From Deltaproteobacteria bacterium (GTDB taxonomy: Bacteria; Desulfobacterota; Desulfobacteria; Desulfobacterales; Desulfobacteraceae), in assembly GCA_027858995.1 (NCBI GenBank), contig JAQIBP010000072.1, forward strand, positions 6,614-70,613: a DNA stretch of 64,000 nt, read 5' to 3'. Below, one piece after another: positions 26,899-36,739 of the stretch (its first letter is position 1; every line of letters begins with the position of its first letter). The position numbers were made by a program, and so were the translations under genes. Under the pieces are notes generated by a model, which did not search any database, was not told where the DNA came from, and saw only the letters and a list, made by a program, of their open reading frames with translations.

Positions 26899-29349
26899 TC
26901 ATGGTTTGTTTTTCGATTCCCTTTTTACAAGCAGCAGGGTATTGAATGTCACGGAAAGACTGCTTAGAAGCATGGCAGATGCTGCAATGATGGGATTCAG
27001 CAGCCCGCTTGCCGCCAAAGGAATACTGATGAGGTTATAAACCAGTGCGAATATAAGGTTCTGCCTGACTTTTGAATTTACCCGTTTTGAAAGTGTTATA
27101 AAATCAAGTAACTGAACCGGAGTTTCCTGCATAAGAGTGATGGCTGCAACGCCTTCACCCGGGTTAAGGCCTGAATGAACAGCTACTGCTATATCTGATT
27201 GTGCCATTGCCGGGGCATCGTTTATTCCGTCACCCACCATGGCGATCTTTTTACCGGATTGTTTAAGGGCCTTGATAAAATCGGCTTTTTCGTGGGGCAG
27301 CAATCCCCCATGAGTATGCTCAGCCGGGATGTGTACAAATGATCCGGCATCCATGGTGGTTTTTGGGGCATCTCCTGAAATTAAAAAGCTGGTGAATCCT
27401 GCTTCTTTAAGATCGGAAACAAGTGCTTTTACCCCGGTTTTCATGGAATCCCCCAGATGGACAGCCGCTACAATTGTATCATTCATTGACAGGAAAACCG
27501 TTGATATTACCTGGGCTCCTTGTCTGGAAGGGGAGACAAAAGATGGGGTACGACTCCTTTCTTTCTTTGCAAACTCCATACTGCCGAAAAGATATGTCTC
27601 ACCTTGAAGAAGACCGCTGATGCCATTGGATTGGTACCTGACATTTTCCAGGTCAACAGATGTTATGTTCTGTGCAACCTTGAAAGCTCTGATGGCGTTT
27701 GCAATAAAGTGGTCCGATCCTTGTTCCATGGCACAGACAATCTGCCAGGCTTTTTTGGAAGAAAAATCAGGCGCTGTATCCATGCCCAGTACTTCGAGTT
27801 TCGCAGTTGTCAGTGTACCGGTTTTATCAAAAACGATTGTATCAAGGCCTTCAATTTTTTCAAATGCTTCAAAATCCCTTACCAGAATTCCTTTTTTCCC
27901 TGCGGCAGAGACACCGGCCACCAGTGCAAGTGGAATGGCAATACCCAGTGCACAGGGACATGAAATCACCAGGACTGAAATCCCCCGGTTGAATGCTTCA
28001 TAGGAAGACAGCCCGTTTATCATCCAGAAAAAAAAAGTGAACAAGGAAAGTCCCATAACCGACGGCACAAAGAATTTTAAAAGAGTTTCAAACCGCTGGG
28101 TCTGGGCGGTTTTAACAGACAGGCTGTTTTCCATGATAAAAAGCATTCTGCCGAGAATTGATTCCTCACCTACTTTCACGGCGTTTACCTGAATGGCTCC
28201 GGAAATAATTTTTGTACCGCTTTTGACCTTGTCCGTAGGAGTGACCCTGACCGGTTTTGCCTCACCTGTTATTGAGGACTCGTCAATAACGGCATTCCCT
28301 TTTGTGACAATGCCGTCCGCAGCCAAAATTTCTCCTTGTTCAGCCTGGAAGGTGTCTCCCTTGGACAATTGTTTTATGGATACATACCGTCCTCTGGGAA
28401 ATAATTCTGTACAGATTCTTACCTTTTGGGGAACTAAAGAGAAAAAACTCCAAAGCCCTTGGGCGATCCTGGCTTTAGCAGACTGCTCCAGCATTTTCCC
28501 GATCAGGATTAACAGGACCAGCATGGATGCTGCATCAAAGTAAAGATGGATACTGCCTATGGAAAGATGAAACAGACTGTAAAAATAGGCAGAGAAGGAA
28601 CCGGTTGAAATCAGAGTTTCCATCCCCGGCCGTCCGGATTTGATACCTGTAATCGTCCGCTTATGTATGGGATATCCACCGTAAAACACAACCACTGAGG
28701 CCATCAGGAAAACAGGCCATGCCAGCATTTGCACGGAACGAGTTGACAGTTCAATGAAGAACCCCGAATAGAGGGCCCAGGAGAGCATCATTACATTCAT
28801 GGTTAAAAACAGTGTGACGAAAAGGCGGATAAATTCCCTTGTGTTCTTTTGGGGCTTTTCATCAGGGGATGCTGATGAGTAACCCAGTTTTTCAATGGTA
28901 TGAAAAATTTTATCAGGAGATGTTTTTACAGGATCATAAAGGACGTTTCCCCTGTCACTGGAAAAATTGCAGCAGGCTTTTATCACACCGCTTGACTGTG
29001 TGAGGGCATTTTCAATGACCCATGCACAGGCAGGGCACCACATATGGAGGATGTGGAAATTGAGGGCAAGGAGGTTCTCAGTATTTCCGGAAAATGCCTC
29101 GCGGTTCTCTTTGGAAAATGTCACACCGGAGGCGGGTTCTTTTTTTAAAGGGTCCGGAATAACCCCTGCTGCAACACATTGTTTGTACAGAAGGGTTTCT
29201 TTGAAGTCAGTTGAATCTTTGCACTGATCTGATTCCATCAGCATGGTATAAACCATTTTACAGCCATTGCAGCAGAAAAGATTTTCTGCCGGATTTGTTG
29301 GCATCAAAACCGGCAGACCGCAAAGTGTACACGAACCAGAAGTGTTCAT
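26899..29349 (-). CDS. ccoI: Copper-translocating P1B-type ATPase, CcoI/FixI-like
   Basis: The N-terminus CTLCGLPV...CCNGCKMVY is followed by an HMA-like MWCPAC, the CPC motif (SCPCALGIA), DKTGTLT and GDGINDAP. Confidence 0.9.
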   Translation of the reverse strand: MNTSGSCTLCGLPVLMPTNPAENLFCCNGCKMVYTMLMESDQCKDSTDFKETLLYKQCVAAGVIPDPLKKEPASGVTFSKENREAFSGNTENLLALNFHILHMWCPACAWVIENALTQSSGVIKACCNFSSDRGNVLYDPVKTSPDKIFHTIEKLGYSSASPDEKPQKNTREFIRLFVTLFLTMNVMMLSWALYSGFFIELSTRSVQMLAWPVFLMASVVVFYGGYPIHKRTITGIKSGRPGMETLISTGSFSAYFYSLFHLSIGSIHLYFDAASMLVLLILIGKMLEQSAKARIAQGLWSFFSLVPQKVRICTELFPRGRYVSIKQLSKGDTFQAEQGEILAADGIVTKGNAVIDESSITGEAKPVRVTPTDKVKSGTKIISGAIQVNAVKVGEESILGRMLFIMENSLSVKTAQTQRFETLLKFFVPSVMGLSLFTFFFWMINGLSSYEAFNRGISVLVISCPCALGIAIPLALVAGVSAAGKKGILVRDFEAFEKIEGLDTIVFDKTGTLTTAKLEVLGMDTAPDFSSKKAWQIVCAMEQGSDHFIANAIRAFKVAQNITSVDLENVRYQSNGISGLLQGETYLFGSMEFAKKERSRTPSFVSPSRQGAQVISTVFLSMNDTIVAAVHLGDSMKTGVKALVSDLKEAGFTSFLISGDAPKTTMDAGSFVHIPAEHTHGGLLPHEKADFIKALKQSGKKIAMVGDGINDAPAMAQSDIAVAVHSGLNPGEGVAAITLMQETPVQLLDFITLSKRVNSKVRQNLIFALVYNLISIPLAASGLLNPIIAASAMLLSSLSVTFNTLLLVKRESKNKP

Positions 29350-29366
29350 TGCATCACCGGATCTTT

Positions 29367-29897
29367 TTAGTGAGCATTTTTCTGCATGGATCTGACATAT
29401 AGGATAACAGCGTTCCTACTTTCAACGGTCATTGAGCTTGCAAGGGCAGGTGTTTTTTCACTGCCGTAGCTAATAACGGAAAATATTTCTTTATCACGTA
29501 AGTCAGATACTTTTTTCCCTGTCAAATTCGCAGGAAGGGGAAAAAAACTTTGTCCCACAGTTCCGAGTCCATCCAGGTTGACCCCGTGACAATGGGAACA
29601 GAATGTCTGGTAATCTTTTTCTCCTTTTGTCAATGATGCTTTCAAGGATCCTGTTGGCATTTCGGGAAACATATTTTTATAGTTTTCTTTCATCAGTTTT
29701 TCTTTCATCAGTTTTTCGCTTTTATGGAAAGCCACTAATCGTTTGTCCATTACCAGAAGCGGTTCCTCATGGGGACGAAGAACCGGGGTCTGGTTCATTC
29801 TTCCAACTTTCATAGTTGAATCGTACAGTGTGATGACAGTATAGACACCTGTTAACGCAATCATTGCAAAAACCGCAAGAAATAGAACCTTTTTCAT
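29367..29897 (-). CDS. Membrane-anchored monohaem cytochrome c (ActE-like/CcoP-like)
   Basis: An N-terminal TM anchor is followed by CSHCHG and the distal segment ...SEKTPALAS. It contains a perfect 5-aa tandem duplication, KLMKE-KLMKE. Confidence 0.75.
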   Translation of the reverse strand: MKKVLFLAVFAMIALTGVYTVITLYDSTMKVGRMNQTPVLRPHEEPLLVMDKRLVAFHKSEKLMKEKLMKENYKNMFPEMPTGSLKASLTKGEKDYQTFCSHCHGVNLDGLGTVGQSFFPLPANLTGKKVSDLRDKEIFSVISYGSEKTPALASSMTVESRNAVILYVRSMQKNAH

Positions 29898-30124
29898 TTG
29901 ATTCCCTCCCTGCCGTTTATATGTTGTCCTGCAGGATTTTTTTCATACACGGCATAGGGGGATTCCGAAGGAATACTTTTCACCGGCCGATAATCCCATG
30001 TGGGCTGGCCCTTATCCGACACCACGATAAAGGTGAAGTATCCGACACCAATTATAATAGCGACCATAGCGAAGATATGCAGCCAGGTAAACCATATCGT
30101 ATCTTTAAATCTGGGTAAGTTCAT
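29894..30124 (-). CDS. Hypothetical single-TM membrane protein within the oxidase operon
   Basis: Its ORF is tightly packed (4-nt overlap) with one hydrophobic helix. No motif was recognised. Confidence 0.4.
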   Translation of the reverse strand: MNLPRFKDTIWFTWLHIFAMVAIIIGVGYFTFIVVSDKGQPTWDYRPVKSIPSESPYAVYEKNPAGQHINGREGIK

Positions 30125-30128
30125 AAAT

Positions 30129-30404
30129 TTATAATATTACCTCCGAAAAGCCATAAAACAGGATATAATACAGCGCCCAAAGAAACGTACCGGCAATCAG
30201 CAATGTTATGATCAGCGGGAAAGGGCCATCTGCCTTTTCTATATTGTCTGCAAAGTGCTGAATCGGTTTAATTTTCAGGACTCGGCTGATGGGCCCTGAT
30301 GTTGGGATAAATGCCAGGGCAACGCCAAAAAGAATTAAAAAAATTATGGCGACAATGATCAGGGCAATGACGTGCTGAGTGTTTAAAAGCTCAAAAAATC
30401 TCAT
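30129..30404 (-). CDS. Hypothetical two-TM membrane protein within the oxidase operon
   Basis: Its ORF is tightly packed with two hydrophobic helices. No motif was recognised. Confidence 0.4.
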   Translation of the reverse strand: MRFFELLNTQHVIALIIVAIIFLILFGVALAFIPTSGPISRVLKIKPIQHFADNIEKADGPFPLIITLLIAGTFLWALYYILFYGFSEVIL

Positions 30405-30431
30405 TAAAAATTCCTCTTTGAGAATATCTGC

Positions 30432-30686
30432 CTAACTAAAAAAAAGTGCATACCCTAAAAGGGCAATGCTTGCCAAAATTGCTGCAAGGGCCAGTGAAAA
30501 AATAAAATAGAGCTGGTATCTGCCTCTCATGGAAGTGGGTCCTGCCTGTGGTCCGATATCTTCCAGAGCCAGAAATCTTGCCCGCTGCTGGTCAGAGAAC
30601 TGCCCGCTTTTCAGAGCCCAGTAAAAAACTGTGCCACCGATAAAAAGTCCTGTAAGAATATATGTCAGAAAAAATGGATAATACAT
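30432..30686 (-). CDS. ccoS: cbb3 oxidase maturation protein CcoS/FixS-like, with an extra C-terminal helix
   Basis: FYWALKSGQFSDQQ matches the CcoS signature (W.....GQFDD). Confidence 0.7.
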   Translation of the reverse strand: MYYPFFLTYILTGLFIGGTVFYWALKSGQFSDQQRARFLALEDIGPQAGPTSMRGRYQLYFIFSLALAAILASIALLGYALFFS

Positions 30687-30713
30687 TTGTCCGGCCTCTA
30701 TGTTTGTAATGGT

Positions 30714-31649
30714 TTAAGGTTCATAGGATGCATCAATTCCTTTGGGTTCCATATCTGCATCGATTTGATCAATGAAATATTTTGCAATAAAATTTCCAAC
30801 ATCCCATATTTTTTCGGATTCCAGCTCTCTTTTAAAGTAGGGCATGGCGGTTCCGGTGATACCGTTCATTATCTGATAATAGATAATTCCCCCGCTTATC
30901 CCCCGGCCTTTTAGCGTGGTAAAGTTTAAGGGCGGCGGATAAATATAGGGTTGGGCCGGTCCCATACCGTCCCCGACGGGCCCGTGGCAGCCAAAACAAA
31001 AATCCTGGTATATTTTTCGGCCCCGTGCAAGTCCTGCGTCTGTAGCCGGGTAGGGAGTGGGAATGTTTCGCCACCCTTTGGGTACATTTTCATGAATCCA
31101 TGCCACGTTTTGATCCACACCGGATTCGTAGGCATCAATAGTTTTCTGTTTCCAGAGTTTTTGTCTTTCAACTCTCTTGTCGGCATTCTTCATCCCGAGT
31201 CCCTGGACATACCGGGTCAATATGTCAATATTTTTTTCTTTTAAAAATTTAAACGGCGGCATGATGGAAAGGGGTCGTGTAAATCTGGGGTTGATAAAGT
31301 GAGCCAGATGCCAGTCATCCGGATGCTCTCCACCCTCCTGGGATAGATCGGGACCTGTTCTCTGGGAGCCCAGAAGTATAGGGCGATCCTTTAAATAATC
31401 TCCGGCCTGTGCAATTCTTTCCGCGCCCAGTCCCCAGTCTACAGCCCGTATGGACTGGGTATGACAATAAACGCATCCGTTGCTGATATAGAGGGCACGG
31501 CCTTTTTTTTCCACACTAGTCCTTGTTCTGAACAAATCCGAAGGTATGGTTTTGCTTGTGTCTGCATAGGGAAGAATCACGACGACCGATACCACTGCAA
31601 TAAGAATGAGAAGGCTGCCGCTGACAATGGCTGTTGCTGTCATTTTCAT
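30714..31649 (-). CDS. ccoO: cbb3-type cytochrome c oxidase subunit II (CcoO) fused to a second monohaem cytochrome c domain
   Basis: NGCVYCHTQSIR, GPDLSQEG and DDWHLAHFINP are CcoO blocks. A second CFGCHG domain with ...GTAMP lies at the C-terminus. Confidence 0.85.
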   Translation of the reverse strand: MKMTATAIVSGSLLILIAVVSVVVILPYADTSKTIPSDLFRTRTSVEKKGRALYISNGCVYCHTQSIRAVDWGLGAERIAQAGDYLKDRPILLGSQRTGPDLSQEGGEHPDDWHLAHFINPRFTRPLSIMPPFKFLKEKNIDILTRYVQGLGMKNADKRVERQKLWKQKTIDAYESGVDQNVAWIHENVPKGWRNIPTPYPATDAGLARGRKIYQDFCFGCHGPVGDGMGPAQPYIYPPPLNFTTLKGRGISGGIIYYQIMNGITGTAMPYFKRELESEKIWDVGNFIAKYFIDQIDADMEPKGIDASYEP

Positions 31650-33028
31650 GAGTTTTCTCCGGAAGTTAAAAACAGGGATCTAAAAATATTATAACATCCT
31701 GCAATGGAGGCTAAAAAAATCAACAGGCCCAGTGACGCCCTGACAACATTGTATATGTGGATCTGTGGGAGTATCCGATACACGGTCTCTCCGTTCAGCC
31801 ATGCATTGCCCTGGATGAGTCCGGAAATGGTTAACACAATTGTAAATCCGGCCACGCCGATCACGATCATCCAGAATTGCAAATCAGCCAGAAATCGGCT
31901 GAAAAGTGGTTTGCCCGTTATTCTCGGAATAGTGAAGTAAAGGCCTCCCAGTGCAATCATTCCGGCAAATCCAAGGACACCCACATGGGCATGGCCCACG
32001 ACCCAGTGGCTGAAGTGGGTCACCCGCTGAACATCCGGAAGCGACATCATGGAGCCCCTTATACTCACGATAAAATACATGACGGTTCCGGTAAAAACAA
32101 ATTTTCCCCCGATATCCTCATGGATCAACCCGAGTTTTCCCCTGGCTGTGTACCAGATATTGATGAGAAACGCCATCACCGGAATGACCATGGCGATACT
32201 GTCAACAATGGCAACTACTTTGAGCCAGGTGGGAACCGGCACCTGTAAAAGATGGTGGGTTCCGATATGGGTATAGATGACAATCAGGGCCCAGAATCCC
32301 AGGAGTGAAAGGGTATGACTGTATAGAGGCGATCTGCAGACCTGGGGGATGATATAATACGCAGTTGCTGCGGAAAGCGGTGTCAACAGAAGCCCAAACA
32401 CATTGTGTCCGTAAAACCATAAAAGAATCGCATCCGGAATACCGCTTAATGCGCCGGAATCCGGTTGCCAGATAACATTTCCCATGGCATAGGTGCATGC
32501 GGTAAGAATGGTCGCAGCCAGTACATACCATACAGACACATAAAGGATTTTCTCTTTTCTGTTTTTTACCGTCATTGCAAAATTAAAGAAAATCAGAATA
32601 AAAACAAGAACAATGCCGACATCAATAGGCCAGATCATTTCTGCATATTCTCTTCCCTGTGTAAATCCGGCGCCAAGGGTGATCACCAAGGCTATCAGGG
32701 CAATATTCCACAGGACAATCGTCACGATTCCCAGTTTTTCACTATAAAGTTGGGTTCGCAGTAACCGGGGAACAAAATAGAATGCACTGGCAAGAAGACC
32801 GGGAGTCACAAATCCGAAGAGTACCAGGTTGACATGGATGGGGCGAAGTCTTGAGAACAACAGCCAGGTAATGTTGCCGGTCAGATCAGGGGCGACAAGT
32901 TCTATGGCTGCCACAAGTCCTGCCAGTGTTGCAACCATCATCCAGGCCGCAGAGGTCAGGCAGAATCCTTTGGCTGTCAGGTAAGTGGCGGTATTGGGTC
33001 GGGTCAGATTCTCGGGCAAAACAAACAC
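31646..33028 (-). CDS. ccoN: cbb3-type cytochrome c oxidase subunit I
   Basis: WFYGHNVFGLLLTP and HWVVGHAHVGVLG are haem/CuB ligand regions, with about 12 TM helices. Confidence 0.9.
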   Translation of the reverse strand: MFVLPENLTRPNTATYLTAKGFCLTSAAWMMVATLAGLVAAIELVAPDLTGNITWLLFSRLRPIHVNLVLFGFVTPGLLASAFYFVPRLLRTQLYSEKLGIVTIVLWNIALIALVITLGAGFTQGREYAEMIWPIDVGIVLVFILIFFNFAMTVKNRKEKILYVSVWYVLAATILTACTYAMGNVIWQPDSGALSGIPDAILLWFYGHNVFGLLLTPLSAATAYYIIPQVCRSPLYSHTLSLLGFWALIVIYTHIGTHHLLQVPVPTWLKVVAIVDSIAMVIPVMAFLINIWYTARGKLGLIHEDIGGKFVFTGTVMYFIVSIRGSMMSLPDVQRVTHFSHWVVGHAHVGVLGFAGMIALGGLYFTIPRITGKPLFSRFLADLQFWMIVIGVAGFTIVLTISGLIQGNAWLNGETVYRILPQIHIYNVVRASLGLLIFLASIAGCYNIFRSLFLTSGENS

Positions 33029-33035
33029 TCCTTTA

Positions 33036-33665
33036 TTAGTTGTGACAGGAAAGCCAGCAGTCCAGGTTGGCTTTTTCTTTTCTGTGACATTCTATACAAA
33101 ATCCCATTTTAAAATCATGGCGCTTGAGCCTGTCAGTTCCCTCTATATCCCCATGGCATGTTTCACACTGGACTTCTTTTTTTATGTGGCGTTCGTGGTT
33201 GAACATGACATGTTCCGGGACATAAAAAACCTTTTTCCATGGTGTGGGTGTCTTCGTATCAAAGTAATCGTGTTCTTTTTTTATTTCCGGGTGTTTTGGA
33301 ATGATGAAATTATGACAATAAAGGCATTTTTCAACCGGTGGAATCCCCGGGTGGATAGACCGGTCAACATATGAATGGCAGAAACGGCAGTCGATCTGTT
33401 TGTCCCCTGCATGCAGCCTGTGACTGAATGCGATGGGTTGCACGGGACCTGCATCCACATGGGGCATGGCGTAGTAAAAATAGGCAAACAGGGCAAGTAA
33501 AATGATCAGCGAGCTTAACGTGAGCAGCTGGACTTTGTTGTCAACAATCCGCGCTGTAACCGAATTAAAGTGATAAACCAGAGTCAAAGGTTTTCCTTTT
33601 GTTCCCACCAGAATCATCAGGATGGCAAGGGTTAGAAGTGTCAGGGAGATCAGTATTATTTCCAT
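33036..33665 (-). CDS. actA: Alternative Complex III pentahaem cytochrome c subunit ActA-like
   Basis: It has a TM anchor and PIAFSHRLHAG. Haem motifs are CRFCH, CLYCH, CETCH and CIECH, plus a terminal CWLSCH (CX3CH). Confidence 0.8.
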   Translation of the reverse strand: MEIILISLTLLTLAILMILVGTKGKPLTLVYHFNSVTARIVDNKVQLLTLSSLIILLALFAYFYYAMPHVDAGPVQPIAFSHRLHAGDKQIDCRFCHSYVDRSIHPGIPPVEKCLYCHNFIIPKHPEIKKEHDYFDTKTPTPWKKVFYVPEHVMFNHERHIKKEVQCETCHGDIEGTDRLKRHDFKMGFCIECHRKEKANLDCWLSCHN

Positions 33666-34894
33666 TGAATCACCTCGCCTGAATCCGGTTTCAATACTTC
33701 AGGAAATTCCTTGAAATAAAATTTTACAGCAATGACCAGGAGAGCCAGAAATCCAAGTGTAATGATTATTCCGCTTAACCCGATGGGGAAAATGCCGGGG
33801 TCGTGATCCAGGTAGCTTGGGCCTAACAGGAGAAAATGCTCGACCCAGAGACCCACCAGAACACATGAGCTGACAACGATCATGCACCTGGGGGATTCTT
33901 TGACCTTCCGGATTAAAAGGATGATAAAGGGCATGAGAAAACAGATGATAAATACCGTCCATGCCAGGATGTTCCAGGGGGCTGTCATGGTCCGTTCAAT
34001 TATATAGGCGGTTTCTTCGGGAATATTCGCATACCAGATAACCACGAATTGTGAATAAAAGAAATCCCCCCATACAATACTGAAACCAAAAAACAATGTA
34101 CTCATGTCGCGCAACTGGGAAGATGAAAGGCGAAACGGATTATTCGGGTTTAAGTGAAGGAGGGCTGCCAAAAGGATAATCGCACCAAACCCCCCGTAGA
34201 TGGCTTTGATGAATGTATAGGCACCAAAAAGAGTTGAATACCAGTGCGGGTCCATGCTCATGACAAGATCAAACCCTGTCAGGGACAGAACCAAAGCAAA
34301 GACCAACATATACCAGCCTGCAAAAATTGTCATTCGCTTTTTAATTGTTTCAGGGGAATCCGGGTATTTTTCAAAGTATTTAAATAAAAATTGTTTCACC
34401 TGAGTGTTTTTTTCTGCATGTTTTAATCTGAACTTAAGCGCATTATAAAGGTAGGCAAATCCAAGGGAATAGAGAATCAGAAAACCTACAAAGTCCCGTG
34501 TGAATAAAAAGGGAACATTGAGCCATACACCCTTGCCGTGCAGGTCTTCTCCTATCCATGTGAACACGTGGTTCTGTCCTGCGAAAAGAAAAATAAAAAG
34601 AATGAAGGAAACAGGGAAAAAAGCGGCAAAGGCTTCTGCAACAGCCGCAAGGCTGTGGCTCCATTTGGCTTTGGTAAAGTGCATGAGGGTTGAAAACAGA
34701 AGCCCCCCGGCAGTCAGGGCAGTAAAAAACATGAAATTTGTCAGATATAAAAGCCAGGCTTTTTCCGGATGTGCCATTGCGGCATAAAAAATAAAAAACA
34801 AAAACCCGGCGCCTGCAATGGCTGCAGGAATCAGAAAAACATTTTTTCTCCAGGTGACAGAAAATTTTTTCATGACTGTATCCGTAGACGTCAT
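33656..34894 (-). CDS. actF: Alternative Complex III membrane subunit ActF-like
   Basis: A polytopic membrane protein of about 10 TM helices, placed after actD within the ACIII cluster. Confidence 0.65.
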   Translation of the reverse strand: MTSTDTVMKKFSVTWRKNVFLIPAAIAGAGFLFFIFYAAMAHPEKAWLLYLTNFMFFTALTAGGLLFSTLMHFTKAKWSHSLAAVAEAFAAFFPVSFILFIFLFAGQNHVFTWIGEDLHGKGVWLNVPFLFTRDFVGFLILYSLGFAYLYNALKFRLKHAEKNTQVKQFLFKYFEKYPDSPETIKKRMTIFAGWYMLVFALVLSLTGFDLVMSMDPHWYSTLFGAYTFIKAIYGGFGAIILLAALLHLNPNNPFRLSSSQLRDMSTLFFGFSIVWGDFFYSQFVVIWYANIPEETAYIIERTMTAPWNILAWTVFIICFLMPFIILLIRKVKESPRCMIVVSSCVLVGLWVEHFLLLGPSYLDHDPGIFPIGLSGIIITLGFLALLVIAVKFYFKEFPEVLKPDSGEVIQWK

Positions 34895-35406
34895 TTGTTT
34901 TCCCTATATTCTTTTAAAGACCCTGTCTGTTGAAGCAGGTCCCTAAGACTGTCAACATCTTCGGGTGCTGAAGTGACTTCAATTCCATACAGGGAGCCGG
35001 AGCATTCCGGGGCATAGTTCTTTTCATAGTCTTTTTCAGGTAGCCCCACCTGGGTCAATATTCCCAGCACATTCCCCAGCACGGCAAAAAGGATGGTGCA
35101 CTCAAAGGCGATGACAAAAAAAGGTATCCAGGAAACAATGGGCTTTCCGCTGACAATGAGGTTCCATCGGGTGGCAGTGAACACGGCAAGTGCAAATCCG
35201 GAAAAAAATCCAATGATCCCGCCGGTGAGCGTAAACCATCCGACTTTGCTTTTTTTTCTGCCCAATGCCCGGTTGATGGTGCTGCTGGGAATGGGACTGT
35301 GGACTTCTTTCACCTTCCAGCCCTTTTCCTGAACTTTTTTAATTGCCGCAAGAATTTCTTGCTGGGTATTAAAAAGACCTGTGACGATGACGGCATCCGT
35401 GCTCAT
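34891..35406 (-). CDS. actD: Alternative Complex III subunit ActD (DUF3341)
   Basis: A soluble N-terminal domain is followed by two TM helices. GKPIVSWIPFFVIAFECTILFA is typical of DUF3341. Confidence 0.75.
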   Translation of the reverse strand: MSTDAVIVTGLFNTQQEILAAIKKVQEKGWKVKEVHSPIPSSTINRALGRKKSKVGWFTLTGGIIGFFSGFALAVFTATRWNLIVSGKPIVSWIPFFVIAFECTILFAVLGNVLGILTQVGLPEKDYEKNYAPECSGSLYGIEVTSAPEDVDSLRDLLQQTGSLKEYRENK

Positions 35407-35409
35407 GAA

Positions 35410-36714
35410 TTACTCCGTTTTATGTATAAGTTCTTTCATTTCAGTCATGGAAACAGACGGCAGGTGCTTGACAAAAAGCAGAAACAGAAAAAAGAAGAGA
35501 CAAAAAGCACCTATCATGATACCCCCCTCGACCCATGTGGGCCGGTAATGGCCCCAGGCATTGGGAAGAAAATCATGGGCAACGCTGCCCACGATGATGA
35601 CAAACCGTTCAAACCACATGCCGATATTAACAAAAATGGAAATGATAAACAGCCAGATCACATGGGTCCTGCATTTTCTGAATAAAAACAAAAGGGGGAT
35701 AATGGTATTGCATACCACCATGATCCAGTATTCCGGTGCGTAATGACCGAACGCCCTCCAACTGAATGTTTCCATTTCAATAATATTCTGGCTGTACCAG
35801 CTGATAAAGACTTCTGTACCGTAAGAAAATCCCACGATGACGCCTGTGAAAATAATGGTTTTTGCTATGTTTTCCAGCACATCCATGGTGATGAGGGCTT
35901 CATATTTGAATATCTTTCTCAAAGGAATACTTAAGGTCAGAACCATGGCAAGGCCTGAGTGAATCGCACCGGCAACAAAATAGGGTGCAAAAATGGTGGT
36001 GTGCCATCCCGGTATCACGCTCAGGGCAAAATCCCAGGAAACCACACTGTGGACGGAGATAACAAGAGGGGTTGCCAATCCGGCAAAGAGCATATACGCC
36101 CTTGTATAGTTCAGCCATTGACCTGTTTTACCGGACCATCCAAGTGCCAATACCGTGAAAATTTTTTTCCGCAAACCTTCGGAGCGGTCCCTGATAATGG
36201 CCAGATCCGGAATAAGCCCGGTATACCAGAAAAGACTGCTCACGGTTAAGTAAGTGCTGATGGCGATAACATCAAAGATCAACGGCGATTGAAAGTTTGG
36301 CCAAAGTGTCCGCTGGTTGGGAATGGGCAGCATATAGAACACCAGCCAGACCCGTCCCAGATGGATGAAAGGAAACAGCCCCGCTATGCAGACGGCAAAT
36401 ACGGTCATGGTTTCTGCTGCCCTGGCAATGGGGTTTCTCCACCCTGCGCGAAAGAGAAACAAAATCGCTGAAATCAGGGTTCCTGAATGGGCAATTCCCA
36501 CCCAGAAGACAAAATTGATCAAATAGGTGCCCCAGTGGACCGGGGTATTCATACCGGCCACGCCCACACCCACAAATATCTGGTATATCCAGCAGGCAGC
36601 ACCCAGGACCACTCCGGAAAACATCAGCGCAATGGTGCACCAGTAAATCTTTTCCGGACGCGTCAGCGTGTTCAGGACCGTGGTATTGATTGTTTCAAAA
36701 GTCAATTGAGACAT
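35410..36714 (-). CDS. actC: Alternative Complex III quinol-interacting membrane subunit ActC (NrfD/PsrC family)
   Basis: NrfD-like polytopic protein of about 10 TM helices, located immediately after actB. Confidence 0.8.
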   Translation of the reverse strand: MSQLTFETINTTVLNTLTRPEKIYWCTIALMFSGVVLGAACWIYQIFVGVGVAGMNTPVHWGTYLINFVFWVGIAHSGTLISAILFLFRAGWRNPIARAAETMTVFAVCIAGLFPFIHLGRVWLVFYMLPIPNQRTLWPNFQSPLIFDVIAISTYLTVSSLFWYTGLIPDLAIIRDRSEGLRKKIFTVLALGWSGKTGQWLNYTRAYMLFAGLATPLVISVHSVVSWDFALSVIPGWHTTIFAPYFVAGAIHSGLAMVLTLSIPLRKIFKYEALITMDVLENIAKTIIFTGVIVGFSYGTEVFISWYSQNIIEMETFSWRAFGHYAPEYWIMVVCNTIIPLLFLFRKCRTHVIWLFIISIFVNIGMWFERFVIIVGSVAHDFLPNAWGHYRPTWVEGGIMIGAFCLFFFLFLLFVKHLPSVSMTEMKELIHKTE

Positions 36715-36739
36715 ATTTTTAAAACCCCTGAGTAAAGAT

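Noticed and set aside
27329-29402. Cluster of plus-strand ORFs (27329-27607, 27520-27963, 27620-28003, 28193-28543, 28967-29227 and others)
   Set aside because: All are antisense to the ccoI P-type ATPase, whose DKTGT, CPC and GDGINDAP motifs fix the true frame.
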